64,000 bases of DNA from Octopus vulgaris (taxonomy: Eukaryota), in assembly GCA_951406725.2 (NCBI GenBank), contig OX597824.1:25978001-26042000 (forward strand), read 5' to 3'. The notes below the pieces were generated by a model, which was not told the origin of the DNA, did not search any database, and was given only the letters and a program-made list of their open reading frames with translations. Shown here piece by piece: positions 12,828 through 27,072 of the stretch. A program made the position numbers and the translations under genes. Each line of letters starts with the position of its first letter. Positions within the stretch are counted from its first letter, which is position 1.

Positions 12828-13300
12828 TTTTTTTTTTTTTTTTTGCTCAAAAAGCAAAAAGCAAGGCCATGTAGAGGGACATGGAGTTATGTACAGGGTG
12901 GTGTTCATGCAAAGAGTTCAGGCCATTTCTGGTCAAGAGAGACTTTGAACCGAGCGGTCGTCGGCATCTTCACTATCTCGTCCGGCAGCTTATTCCACGG
13001 ATCCGCAACCCGGACGGAGAAAGCCCCTCTCCTTCGATTGAGATGAAATCATCGCAGATAGAGCTTTTCAGAGTGTCCCCGCAGCCGACGCTCTGGAGCA
13101 GGAGTGAAGAACAGCTCTTTCGAGAGGTTACACTTTCCGCTTATGATGTTGTGAGCAAGAATGAGATCACCACAGCGGCGGCGTTTTTCTAGAGAATAAA
13201 GGTCGAGCGTCTTCAGCCTTTCTTCATAAGACAAATGCTTGAGACCAAGAACCATGTGGGTAGCCAGCTTCTGGACTCTTTCGAGATGTGCTTTCCCCTG
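12828..13300 (-). mobile_element. CR1-group LINE, 5'-truncated 3' fragment of ORF2 with poly(A)
   Basis: HLERVQKLATHMVLGLKHLSYEERLKTLDLYSLEKRRRCGDLI...LRGHSEKLYLR*FHLNRRRGAFSVRVADPWNKLPDEIV..FKVSLD matches the CR1 ORF2 C-terminal pattern; one in-frame stop; T-run at 12828-12844 is the poly(A). Confidence 0.9.
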
Positions 13301-14148
13301 TGCTTGCTTGCCATATTAAACTAGATGCAGGTATGGTTAAAAAATTGGTATACTTTGTTTCCTCATAAATTTCAGGAAAAAGAAATATTTTTTTAATGAA
13401 ATTTTCTACAAATACCTTTTGAGTGGTGTAAATTAAAATTATATCAGATTTTAATGTTAGAAAAAAATGGTGGGTGCACACACATATATACTGACATACA
13501 TCACAACTTTTTCAGAATTTCAAATTTAATTTTGTAGATATATAACCTTCAATTTTTGTTTTTTCTTTTCATAAAAATATACCTATTTTTCTGAAAGGTA
13601 TGAAGGAACAAAGTCAAGGAGGGGTACACTTGGGTAGGTATGCCAAAAAATTTTGCTTTCAACCTTCTTGTACATTGGGTGTTTGCTCTGGCACCCTAAA
13701 ATTACAATCTGCCTTAGTCCCACTCACCCTTATAAAATATTGGATAGCCACGTATCTTCTCTACAGCAAGACTTCCTCACTCTCAAATACTACTCCTCCA
13801 CTTAGCCATGTGTGGGTGGCTTTTCATTTTCCTTTTCCTACACTTTTCTCGTCCTGGAAGTTACTTGGCAACCTCACTGGTGCCGCTGGTGTGAGAAAAG
13901 CACCTAGTACACACTGTAAAGTGGTTAGTATTAGGAAGGGCATCCATTCATAGAAAGCATGCCAAAGCTGACACTGGAGCTCAACGCTGGCCCTGTGGTT
14001 CACTGGATCCTGTCAAACCATTCAACACATACCAGCATGCAAAAATGGATCTTAAATGACGATACATACATACATACACATCTATACATACTGTGTGTGT
14101 GTGTGTACATACAAAAACAAGCATACATGTAAGTGAATATAAACATTT

Positions 14149-14337
14149 GTAAAAAGCACCCACTACACTCACAGAGTGGTTGGCGTTAGGAAGGGCATCC
14201 AGCTGTAGAAACATTGCCAGATAAGACCGGAGCCTGGTGCAGCCTTCTGGCTTCCCAGATCCCCGGTTGAACCGTCCAACCCATGCTAGCATGGAGAACG
14301 GACGTTAAACGATGATGATGATGATGATGATGATGAT
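14149..14337 (+). mobile_element. SINE family C 3' portion
   Basis: GTGGTTGGCGTTAGGAAGGGCATCCAGC domain and GGACGTTAAAC(GAT)n tail. Confidence 0.85.
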
Positions 14338-15326
14338 AGCTATATGCTTCACATACATACCTACACACAACACTTTGTGATTATTTAGATATCTAACCAT
14401 GTGTTATACAAATAAGGACTATAAAGTTTCCAACAGAGTTTTATTCGGTGTGTGTGTGTTTTTTTTTTTTTGTTTTTTGGTTGTTGTTTGTTTACCAAAC
14501 GAATAAAAATAAGCATGAAAATAAAACGAAATGCGAGAGAGTTTATTTATTTGCATGATGCACAGACAGAGATCAACTAACCAACAAAACATCTGAGGAA
14601 ATAAAAGAAAACAATATCAAACTGAGGAATGATAGTAAAGGTCAATCAAATATTACAGACATACACAGATACACACAAACACATGTTTCAAAATAAGGTT
14701 AGTTTATTAATAAATCTGAGTTTATTTAATTCTTCAGCATTCAACTGTCTGTATTAATGATGTCAGAAAATAAAGAACTGGTGTACCTAGTCAAAAGAAA
14801 CCTGTATAAATGGCCTTGTATGCATGTGTGTGTGTGTGTGTGTTGATGTATTCATATAAGAATAAAAGAAAGCAGGAAAGCAACTTGATAGAAGTGGGTG
14901 AGATTTGAGGGTCCAAAAAGTAGTGTGTCAACAAAGCTAGCTATAATGGCTTGACTGTGTGGTAAGACGTTGGCTTCTCAACCACATACATGGCTCTGAG
15001 ACCAGTTCCATCCACTGCATGGCACCGTGGGCAAGTGTCTTCTACTATAGCCACGGGCCGACCAAAGCCTTATCAGTGGATTTGGTAGACAAAACTGAAA
15101 GAAGCCTGTCATATGTACATATGTGTGCTTTTGTGTATGTGTTAGTCCCCCCACCAAAAAAAAACTGCTTGACAAATGGTGTTGGTTTGTTTACACTCCT
15201 GTAACTTAGCGATTCAGCAGAAGAAACCAATAGAATACCAAACTTGAAATAATAAGTACTAGGGTCAATTTGTTTAACTTAAACCTTTCAAGGCCTTGGT
15301 CCAATGACTCAAATAAGTTAACATAA

Positions 15327-15397
<71 letters not shown>

Positions 15398-15463
15398 GGA
15401 TAAGATTGTTAATCTAAATATCAAGTGGCCAGCAAGGGAATAAAAACTTTCAAAGGTAATTAT

Positions 15464-15655
15464 TAAAATTATAATTTAGGGTATCTAAGAGATACCACCA
15501 CGCTGGAAACAGCAGCCAAAACTTGACTGTAAAACCAAATTAAATGTTCATGAACCACATAAATGTTCATGAACATTTAATGTGGTTTTAGAGTCAAGTT
15601 TTGGCTGCTGTTTCCAGCGTGGTGGTATCTCTTAGATACCTAAATTATAATTTTA
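15464..15655. repeat. Fold-back palindrome (~90-bp arms) between (TA)n tracts
   Basis: TAAAATTATAATTTAGG..GTATCTAAGAGATACCACCACGCTGGAAACAGCAGCCAAAACTTGACT mirrored on the right; centre AAATGTTCATGAACATTT at 15561-15578. Confidence 0.85.
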
Positions 15656-17581
15656 TATATATATATATATTCCTTGTCTTGCAAGTTACTGGTGACCGTG
15701 TTGGTGCCACGTAAAAAGCATTCAGTCCATCCTGTGAGATGGTTGGCATTTGGAAGAGCACCCAGCTGTAAAAACCATGCCAAAACTGACCTTGCTTGTG
15801 CTGGTGCCATATAAAAAGCACTAAATCTACTCTGCAGGTTGCTTGGTATCAGAAAGAACATTCAGCCATAAAAACCATGCCAAAACAGACAAAAACTATG
15901 CCAGCATGGAAGGCAGATGCTAAACAATGTTGATGATGGTGTATGTATAAGAATTTATAAACTTCAAGAGAATGTGAAATAATTCTTTTTTGGGGACAGT
16001 GAAACTCAATATAGATAAAGCTATAAATAATAGCATGTAAATATTGGGTTAAAAAACATTTTGAATAGAATAAGTTGAAGGCCATCTGTGGGATTCAAGC
16101 CCACATCATCTTTGAACATGACAGATGTTTTACTATTGGACCAAAGTATTCTTTTAAATTTCTCTATCCAAGCACAGACACTCACACATATACTTAGGTA
16201 TGCACAGCTTTGTAGTTGAGAAGTTGGTTTCAGTCACATTGTGTGGCTACAATGTATATTTTTATGAAATGAAAATTGTTCTGTAACTCGTTTATGACTC
16301 AAGTGGTTTTAAATAATTTACTATCATGTAATGAGTGAATGGAATGTCAACCTGACATTTTTTTCCCCAGCCTAATAAATATGGCTCAGCTCAATGCTGT
16401 AAGGTTCCAATAAGAATCATGTAAAAAAAAAAAAAAAAAATCAGATTGTAGACACAGCTCACAAGGTGCTTACCTGCACTCTATGACACATGGGATCTCT
16501 ACAAGATCATTACACCTACTAGATGTAGCAACTTTAATTCCCTAAAATTATACCCTATCATCTTAAATAAAATGGAAGGAAACACTAGATAAAATAGAAG
16601 GTAATGTCATAGATGAAACTAATCCAAAAAAGATGGGATAGTCAAGGCTATGATCATAGAGCTGCTTATTTAGGACTGACCTTGGGTTAAACAACAATGA
16701 CTCACATGACAATAATCACTTTGACCCTCATTGTGCTGATTCAATTTATGCTAGTTATGTAAATATGCTAATCATATGCAAATCAGTTCTTGCAAAATAC
16801 TTCCTACTAGCGAGTAAAAAGTATACATATGCATACTACACCCAACGGAATTTTTTATCGTTTATTTGTTTCAGCCATTGGACTGTGGGTCACTGCCTTG
16901 AAGGGTTTTAATCAAACAAATTGACCCCAGTACTTATAGGTACTTATTCTATCAGTCTCTTTTGCCAAACCATTAAGTTACATGGATGTAAACAAACCAG
17001 CACCAGTTGTCAAGCAGTGGGAAGGTAGACACAAAAACACACACACATATATACATACACAGACATATACAATGAGATTCTTTCAGTTTCTATCTATCAA
17101 ATCCACTCACAATGCTTTGGTCAGCCTGGGGCTATAGAAGACACTGTTCTTCCCAGGTTTACTCTGATCCAGAGTAGTAGCACCCATCAGGGTCCCAGCT
17201 ATGGGTTAATTAGCTTGTAAAATATAAGTCAGCTGTGGATATGGGAATAAACAGCTCTGGACCAAATCACAGGTGGCCCCTTGGCGAGGACTGGTACTTG
17301 GTAACCAGCCATGCCAGGGTTATGTTGAAATCATGGAATGCAGCAAGGTGTGTGTGTGTGAGCTGTTTTGGTAGATGAACTTATTGAGTCAATGGTGAAT
17401 AACCCTAGATGCTGAGTGGATGAAATAAGCAGCAAAGTGTCAACAGTCAGGATCAATAAATTCAGGGACTGAACTACTGCTATCATCTCTGTAGTCGAGA
17501 TGAGCACAGAAAGGACATTCAGATATCGAAACACCAATATGACTTATTAGCCTGGGCAAGTTGCCTAACCAAACGTCTGTA

Positions 17582-17979
17582 GGCATAGGAGTGGCTGTGC
17601 GGTAGGTAGCTTGCTCACCAACCACATGGTTCCGGGCTCAGTCCCACTGCGTGGCACCTTGGGCAAGTGTCTTCTACTATAGCCTCGGGCCGACCAAAAC
17701 CTTGTGAGTGGATTTGGTAGATAGAAACTGAAAGAAGCCTGTCGTATATATGTATGTATGTATGTATGTATGTGTGTGTGTATGTGTTTGTTCCCCCAAC
17801 ATTGCTTGACAACCGATCGATGGTGGTGTGTTTACATACCTGTAACTTAGTGGTTCAGCAAAAGTGACCAATAGAATAAATACTAGGCTTACAAAGAATA
17901 AGTCCTGGAGTCGATTTGCTCGACTAAAGGCGGTGCTCCAGCATGGCCACAGTCAAATGACTGAAACAAGTAGAAGAGA
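17582..17979 (+). mobile_element. SINE family A, full length
   Basis: Consensus match with internal (TATG)n/(TG)n. Confidence 0.9.
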
Positions 17980-19748
17980 CCATAAGTGTCTTTTTCCTTC
18001 ATGGTTTATTTTTACCTCCAGGAATAATCTATAGAATATTTTCTTTCGACAGAACAGCTAATAAAGCAGTTTATCTATGTATGTTAAATTTATACCTTCC
18101 ACTGTTGTCTGACCAGCTAAAAACAACAGCCAAATTCCCAATCAAATTTCACTCAACATTAACCAGATGATAATAAAATCTACTCATGTGTTACTTGATA
18201 TAGTTCTGCCATAGATACTTTTAGACATCTGCTAAGATCACAGGAATTCTTTTCCTTTAGGATTTAATTTTACTTCCTAAAATAGTCTTTGCAAAGTCTT
18301 CTATCAGCAGAACAGTTAATAAAAACAGATCATCTGTATAAGTGAGTGTGCAGAGTATATACCTTCTGCAATTATTTGACATGGTAAACACAACAGCCAA
18401 ATTTCCCTCAAATTTCTCTGTGCTGTATTACTATCTGATGAATAAGTTGCCACAGCAGATGTAAGTTAGGCTATTATAATGATGAAGGTGAAAAACTGTA
18501 ATTTGGCCAAAAACAAGAGGAAAACACACATGAAGCTTGGAGTTCTAATAGACTGAAAATACTCTAAAAGTCTAACTGATTTTGGTAAAGTGCCAAGCTC
18601 GGGCACAGAATGTGTTGACCTCTACGACAATTTCTTTCTGAGATTCCGAAAGCAAAACAGAAGAGGAGAGAAGAAGAAAATAGAGAGGGAGGAGAGAGAG
18701 AGAGAGAGAAAGAAAGGTCTAAGGAAACATGCTAAGATTTTTGCATCGTTCCATCATGATTTAGGGATCCCTGGCAGAGAGTCAAGAAATTTATACCATT
18801 AATTATATATAATTACAGACTACTAACTCAGGCCATGGGCCATAAGAATATGCACATCAATCCTTTAAGACATTCAAAAACTGTAAGGGTAGGTTTCCAA
18901 AAATTTAAGGTAAAATAGAACAGCAAGAGGACTGTGGGGGAGACAATTTAGTGATGGTAAAAATATTGTAGATTAGTAGTAGCAGCATCAGCAACAGCAG
19001 CAGCAGGCTGTTGGTGTCCTGGATTCCCTCTACACAGAATTTTATTGGAATAAACAGTATTGCGACAAGGATAGAGGTTTATGAAGAAAATTATTAGAAG
19101 ATATCACAGTTACTTGTATGTATGTTTGTGTGTGTGCGTGTGTATATATATATACATACACATGCATACCATACATTCATACATATTACGCATATATTTA
19201 TAAACATGCACACACACACACATTTGTTTTTATTATATAGAGTTACAATAAAAGTAATTTTGCATTAAACTAGGGGATTACTCAATACATTTTGTAGAGT
19301 ACATATTTATCATATTTTTACAAGAGTGTCGACAGTGACTTTGAGGTTTTGGTTTGCTAGCCTTCATAGTAAGAAGTTTGCTTCCCAATCACACGGTTTC
19401 AGGTTCAGTCCCACCACAGGGCACTTTGGACAAGTGTCTTCTACAAAAGTCATAGGCCAATCCAAAGTCTTGTCGGTGAATTTGATAGACAGAAACTGAA
19501 AGAAGCTTGTTGTGTGTATGTGTCTCTATTCGACACCCAGTGTTGGTTTATGTCACCATAACTTAGTGGTTTGGCAAAAGATAACAATAGAATAAGTACC
19601 ACGTATTTAAAAAAATAAGTACTGGAGTCAATTCATTTGACTAAAATTCTTCAAGGTAGTGCCCCAGTATGGCCACATTCTGATGACTGAAACAAGTAAA
19701 AGATGAATGAGACAAGATATATACATATACACAATACGTATATACTAT

Positions 19749-20333
19749 TGTATTGTATTGGCATCCTTTCTGTCTCGGGAGACAATGGAGTTGCGCATGT
19801 TTTTTTTTTTTTTGTAGTCTAGTCCGGCTTTTATATTTCATGTCCTGATACATTTCCTGCTGTGGCTGTGTAGTCCTATCCTGGACAAACACTCCCTCTG
19901 GCAGGTACCGCAAATGTAGCGAAGACTGTTCCTGGCTGGTTGTAGTGCCATAGTCTCTTGTTTACGTCTTTTCTTGTCTTTCCATTTCTCCTCTCTCTCT
20001 CTGGCACTCTTTTGTATTCCCTCTTTTACTGTACGTCGCCATTCTCCACGGTTGCCGGCAACTGCCTCCCAACCGCTAATATTGATGTTGCAGGCCTTCA
20101 TATCCCTTTTGCAAACATCCCTGTAACGTAAGATCGGTCTACCCACAGACCTAGTACCCCTAGCAAGCTCTCCGTAGAGTATGTCCTTGGGGATTCTGTC
20201 ATCTTTCATACGGCTAACATGCCCAAGCCATCTCATACGTCTTTGTGTGAGGAGTGCAAACATGCTTGGTATTCCTGCTTGCCTGAGGACATCTTTGTTG
20301 GGGATATGATTCTGCCATTTGATGCGAAGGATT
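19749..20333 (-). mobile_element. RTE-clade (BovB-like) LINE 3' fragment; ORF 19838-20263
   Basis: RRMRWLGHVSRMKDDRIPKDILYGEL..GRPILRYRDVCKRDMK post-RT motif and C-terminal CGTC..GLHSHSRKC zinc-finger-like motif; tail CCATTGTCTCCCGAGACAGAAAGGATGC(CAATA)n. Confidence 0.9.
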
Positions 20334-20361
20334 TACTATAAGTATACACTATAAGTATGGC

Positions 20362-20403
<42 letters not shown>

Positions 20404-20917
20404 GTATGTGTGTATACACGCACATATATGTATGCATTACATATATACATACACACACACTTGTGTGTGTGTAATGAATGCCCATTAATACAAATACATT
20501 TAAACCCATCATCACCTGCCAACCAAATATCATCACAATTTCAATGCATCCTGAAAATATTATTTCATCTAGCCAAATAGGCAACATGGAAGCTACCAGA
20601 GTATAAGAGGAATAAATAAGAAAATGAAGAAAGGCAGAAAAATATTCACAGAAAAACAGTAATGTGAAAAATTTTAAAAACCCAACAGGAAAATATATAG
20701 TCTTTCAACCAGAAATAAATTTTGAACAAGCTGTACAGAGAACAGAAAAAAACAAAGAGGATGTCATCGGTATCATCCACAACATTGGTTTTCCGTATTG
20801 GCATAGGTTGGATGGTTTGATAGGAACTGGTAAGGCTAGGAGTTGCACCAGGCCCTATTGCCTGCATTGGCACAGCTGGATACCTTTCCTAATGCCAACT
20901 AATTTACAAAGTATACT

Positions 20918-21559
20918 GGGTGCTTTTTATGTGGCACCAGTACCAGTGCTTTTTATGTGACATCAACAGCAGTGCCTTTTCATATGGCACCAGCACCAGT
21001 GCCTTTTTTATGTGGATCAACACCAGTGCCTTTTTTATGCGGCACCAGCACCAGTGCTTTTTTACATGGCACCAGCACCAGTGCTTTTTATGTGGCACCA
21101 GCACCATTGCTTTTTACGTGGTACCAGTGCTTTTTACGTGGTACCAGCACCAGTGCTTTTTACGTGGTACCAGCACCAGTGCTTTTTACGTGGCACCAGC
21201 ACCAGTGCTTTTTATGTGGCATCAACACCAGTGCCTTTTCATGTGGCACCAGCACTTTTTACGTGGTACCAGCACCGGTGCTTTTTACATGGCACCAGCA
21301 CCAGTGCTTTTTACGTGGCACCAGCACCAGTGCTTTCTTACATGGTACCGACACCAGTGCCTTTTCATGTGGCACCAGCACCAATGCTTTTTATGTGGCA
21401 CCAGCACCAGTGCTTTTTATGTGACATCAACACCAGCACCTTTTTTATGTGGCACCAGCACTTTTTACGTGGTACCAGCACCGGTGCTTTTTACGTGGCA
21501 CCAGCACCAGTGCTTTTTACATGGCACCAGCACCAGTGCTTTTTACGTGGCACCAGCAC
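20918..21559. repeat. Minisatellite, ~26-bp unit GGCACCAGCACCAGTGCTTTTTACGT, roughly two dozen degenerate units
   Basis: Direct tandem repeats continuous with a minus-strand SINE C-type copy at ~20775-20940. Confidence 0.9.
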
Positions 21560-21977
21560 GTGTGTGTGCATGTGTGCGCGCGCGTTTATGGTCTTTCGAC
21601 ATAAATGACAATACAAAGCTGAGTTGTTGCGTGATGTAGCGATGTATAAGAGGAAATTGGTTGAGTGGCATTCTGCATTAAAGAAAAGATATACAACCAG
21701 TAAAAAAAAAAATACATCAGGCTAAAAAAGGAACGATTTGAAAGGGAACAGGAACTTGTAAAGAGAAAGGGTAGCTGTGCTTGTGGAACAGGAGAAAAGA
21801 AAGGAGCAAAACAAACAAATGGAAAGAGATAGCAAAATGTCACATAAACTTTTATCCTTTTACTGGGATACAGTCATAGAACTGTTGTCATGCTGGGGCC
21901 ACACTTGGGAGATTTTAGTTTACTTCAGAGTTATTTCAATGACCTATATTTGTCAAATTGCGAGGTTTCTGCTTTGT

Positions 21978-22409
21978 GTGACTGTGGTGCATAATATGCG
22001 TGTTTATTATGTGTACAACAGTGGATCAGTATGTCTGTGAAGATTTTTTGGGGTTTTTTTCAGCTTCAATAAAACAATACACATGCACACACTTGGAAAC
22101 AGATGCGTGTTGGCGATAGGAAGGGCATCCAGCCGTAGAAAATCTGCCTCAACAAATTTCATCAGACCCATGGAAAAGTAAATTAACAGTGACTGTGGTG
22201 GATAATACGTATGTTTATTATGTGTATAGCAGTGGATCTGTATGTCTGTGAAGTTTTTTTGTGTTTTTTTTTCAGCTTCAATAAAACAATACACGCACAC
22301 ACTTGGAAACAGATACGTGTTGGCGATAGGAAGGGCATCCAGCCGTAGAAAATCCGCCTCAACAAATTTCGTCCGACCCATGCTCACATGGAAAAGCAAA
22401 CAATTAACA
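21978..22409. repeat. Local tandem duplication (~211-bp unit, 2 copies) including a SINE 3' fragment
   Basis: GTGACTGTGGTG..ATAAT starts at 21978 and 22189; copies collinear with scattered substitutions. Confidence 0.85.
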
Positions 22410-22420
22410 GTAAAACCATG

Positions 22421-22487
<67 letters not shown>

Positions 22488-23406
22488 TACATACATACAT
22501 ACATACATACATACATACATACATACATACATACATACATACATACGTGCACATATGTATTATACACACACATGGATGTGCGTAACCTCTGTGTGTGTGT
22601 GTGTGTGTTGATGTGCATGAAGTAGGGGGTGAAGGCTTCTGAAAAAACACATGTCAATTTTTGTACACATGGTAGACAGCAGTTTCGTTGGTTAGGTTGC
22701 TCTAGTAGCCTAAAAAAGAAAAGAAAAAGAAAGCAAAGAAAAGAAAAGGCAAAAGAAAGTAAAGCAAAAGAAGCCAACGTTAACCTAATACTACTATTCT
22801 CGAGCAACAACCAACTTAACTTCCTCCGAAGGCACATATTTTAGAGAAGAGTAGAGCAGAGTAGCTTGCATGTTAGTCGAAAGTAAAGCAGAGGGATAAA
22901 AATATTAAAGAAATACGGCGAGAAAACCTTTCGTTAAGAGCCAGGCCAGTCATGCAAATTGTAATAAGAGAATATATATATATATATCTATAATATATAT
23001 ATATATATAAATTTAATAAGGGTAGAAATTGATATTAGTCAATTAAAACCAGTGGCCCAGCATATTAAAAAGAATCCGAAGATTAAAATATTTAAAAAAT
23101 TTGTATGTAAAAAAAAAAAAATATATATATATATATATATACAATCATATCCATACACATATATACCTAATTATATATAACCACACACGATTGCAGTATA
23201 GTATCATCATCCATTGACGAATTATATTATGGGGGGAGGGGTGGATCCAACGATCCCGCATGCAAACGTATTGGAAAGAGAATTGAACAGAGCCTCAGAA
23301 TTATTAAATTTACAATCATCTGTTGTGGCCAAAAGTAACGTGTAGTAACTACTACTACTAATGATAATAATAATAATAAATATAATATGGAACAAGAAAT
23401 AGTTGG

Positions 23407-23701
<295 letters not shown>

Positions 23702-24059
23702 AACTATTCCTTAGGGGTTGGTTTTGACTTTTAATATAAGGTGAAAATCAGTGAGGAATCGGACCCAATAAAATCAGTAAAAACCTAGTTGCTAGTAGTA
23801 TGCTATGCCATATTTAGGTTAAATCCGTGCCGAAGACTAGTTCGTATTGGGGGAGGGTAAAAGAATGTCAACAGAATGGTTCGCCTTGTGTGAATGAATG
23901 TCAACGTTACAATAATGATAATAATAATGATAACAATAATAACAATAATAATACAGCTACGATTCTCCCTTACCCAGCTCTCTCTCTCTCTCCCTTTCTC
24001 TCTACCGCTAACCCTTGAAGGCGCGTGCGCGCGCATACATGTGTATGTTTGGCGCACCA

Positions 24060-24378
24060 TTCACACACACACACACATATATATATATACACATACACAT
24101 TCATATATACATAAACATACATACATATATACACACACATACATTCATATATACATAAACATACATACATATATACACACACATACGTTCATATATACAT
24201 AAACATACATACATATATATACACACATACATTCATATATACATAAACATACATACATATATACACACACATACATTCATATATACATAAACATACATAT
24301 ATATACACACATACATTCATATATACATAAACATACATATATATATATACACACATGCATTCATACATACATACACAC
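24060..24378. repeat. AC/AT-derived minisatellite (~40-bp unit with ATTCATATATACATAAAC)
   Basis: Unit repeated about five times. Confidence 0.85.
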
Positions 24379-24462
24379 TCGTTTCTCTATCTTTTCTGTG
24401 CCTCTGTTCCCCCCGCTCTAACCCCCACCCCACCCCACCAAGCCTATTTTTATCGATCTGTC

Positions 24463-24506
<44 letters not shown>

Positions 24507-25002
24507 TTTTCTTTTTTTTTTTTGCTTTCCTCCGTTATAACTAACCATTTATCTATCGATCTACCTTTTTTACTCGTCTATCTATCAATCTGTATCGATC
24601 TGCTTACGTCCAATTATCTTCCTTTATCTAAATCATCCGCCAACCCCAACCCCCCATCTCTCTCATTCATATTCTCAACATATATATATATATATATATA
24701 TATGCGCGTGCGCGCGTGTGTGTGTGTGTAACGAACACGTATGTTCATATGTATAAACGTATACATATATTTGCCTTTATTTTTTTTTTATCTGATTCTG
24801 TTTATATCTCGAGTTTGTTTTGTTTTTTTTTTGTCTCAAAAGTCTCGTTCTATTTTACCCTCGTTCATTCGTCAGACTCGCTTTCTTCCCCCCCCCCCAA
24901 CACATTTTCTCTCTCTCTCTCTCTCTCTCTTTCTTTTTTATTCCTTTCTATCTTCCTTTTTCTCTCCACCCTCACTTGAACAAAATAGCAGAGATGCGCG
25001 AG

Positions 25003-25042
<40 letters not shown>

Positions 25043-25289
25043 TGTATGGTATGTTACCTTATATACATACATAAATGCATGTATGACTTACGTACAACAC
25101 ACACACATTTACACATGTGGTGAGCCATCATCCACAACCATACACTTCTGCAGCCATGCATGTCGGCTAAAAATACACAACTACCATCATCACCACCACC
25201 ACCACCACCATTAACCTAACGATCACTACCAATATTACCATCACAACAGTACCACACCTCCTGTCACTATCGCCACTTCACCGGCCAAA

Positions 25290-25490
25290 GGAGGCAGCCT
25301 GTACGTGGTCATTCAACTTGCTAAAAATAACAGCCAAATCTCCCTCAAACCAACGCCCTACCGTGTTAAATAAATGGCAGATATTGGATATTTTTGATCT
25401 TGAAAATACAGGAATGGGAGTTCGTAGAATGCCTTTGGTCATGGTTCTGCTCGTTCAGAAATGACCAACAGCTAAACACCAACAACAATA
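25290..25490 (+). mobile_element. Dispersed repeat family E (GTGGTCATTCGACC.GCTAGAAATAGCAGCCAAATCTCCCTCAAA ... GCTAAACAACAAC), probably an old SINE/LINE tail
   Basis: Related copies at ~8510-8700, 16510-16700, 25510-25660, 28210-28400, 30295-30370 (+) and ~42290-42440, 54395-54610, 55070-55255, 59670-59830 (-). Confidence 0.7.
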
Positions 25491-25794
25491 ACCAACACAA
25501 AATTTAACAAGGAGAGCCTCTAAATGCTCGCTCGACACGCTAGAAATAGCAGCCAAACTTCCTTTAAATCTACTAAGCATGTTGATACGCAACACTACAT
25601 TGGATAAAGTCATATTAAATACATACACGATGCCTGAATAAAAGACATGACCAACCGGATGGCTTTGGAGCGCTTTATATATATATATATATTATACACA
25701 CACACACACATACCTATAAATATACATACATACAGACGGACGGACGGACAGACAGACGGGTGGCTGGATAGATAGATAGACAGATACACAGACG

Positions 25795-25868
<74 letters not shown>

Positions 25869-25870
25869 CG

Positions 25871-25944
<74 letters not shown>

Positions 25945-26744
25945 CAGATAGACGGATAGACAGACAGACAGACAGACAGATCAGTTCGGTCAAAAATTGG
26001 TCAGGGGCTAAACATGACGTTATTAGAAATTCCTGCTTCTGCTACACACAACACCGCCACCATCACCCCGATTTCACTACCACTCCAAGACTACAGTGAC
26101 CACTACTATTATTACCACCGACATCGACATTCCACCATTAACAACACCAATGCCATAACCACCACCACCACCACCACTACCGCCGCCACTACTATTACAA
26201 ATACTTTTCATCCAACATAAGCTAACAAAGAACAGTCAACCATTTATAGTTAATTCCCATGTTGGAATGAAAAATAGCTTTCAAGAATAGGTGTTTTCTT
26301 CACACCTAGCTTATCTTACCTATTTTCCAAAATGGGAACGTCACAGCTCACTCACCTCCAGACACCAGCACCACAACTACCATTATACTAAACACACACA
26401 CGCACGCACAAAATGCCATATGACTTAGGACCAAGTCACTAAATAAATAACACTGACCAACAATTAATTCCGACATTTTCTGGCTTTTGTCTCAAATGTT
26501 GCCAGGCTTCAGATTTTAATCACATTGATTTTTTTCTGTAAGAATATCTTGTTGAAACACAAGGGATATGTGTGTGTGTATGTGCTTTGGGGGTGAGGAG
26601 AGGGTTGTTGGTTCTGTTTGATATAAATCGTTACAATAGTTAAATGCTAACAACGTAACATAATGACCAATATATTATATTTTAGTTACTTGTAATAAGG
26701 GATAGTGGGAACCAAAAAAAAAAACCCGATTTTTGCTCAACTCT

Positions 26745-27072
26745 ACACACACATACATATACACACACACATATATACACACACACACACATATATATAC
26801 ACACACACATATATATATACACACACACATATATATACACACACACACACATATATATATACACACACACACATATATATATACACACACACATATATAT
26901 ATAAACACACACACATATATATACACACACATATATACACACACACATATATATATACACACACATATATATATACACACACATATATATACACACACAT
27001 ATATATACACACACACACATATATATACACACACACATATATATACACACACACACATATATATATATATAT
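26745..27072. repeat. Compound (AC)n(AT)n microsatellite array
   Basis: Direct. Confidence 0.95.

Noticed and set aside
16075-16145. tRNA-like sequence on the minus strand
   Set aside because: Cloverleaf does not close; more likely a decayed SINE head. The SINE heads at 34219, 44795 and 63838 are likewise not tRNA genes.
20918-21559. CRISPR-like look of the 26-bp repeat array and its 155-239 aa ORFs
   Set aside because: No unique spacers and no cas genes; eukaryotic context; the unit derives from a SINE.
26350-26383. ATG..CTGGAG|gtgagt mini-exon on the minus strand (also GCAG|gtaagc at 16474)
   Set aside because: Low-complexity context; such motifs are expected by chance.
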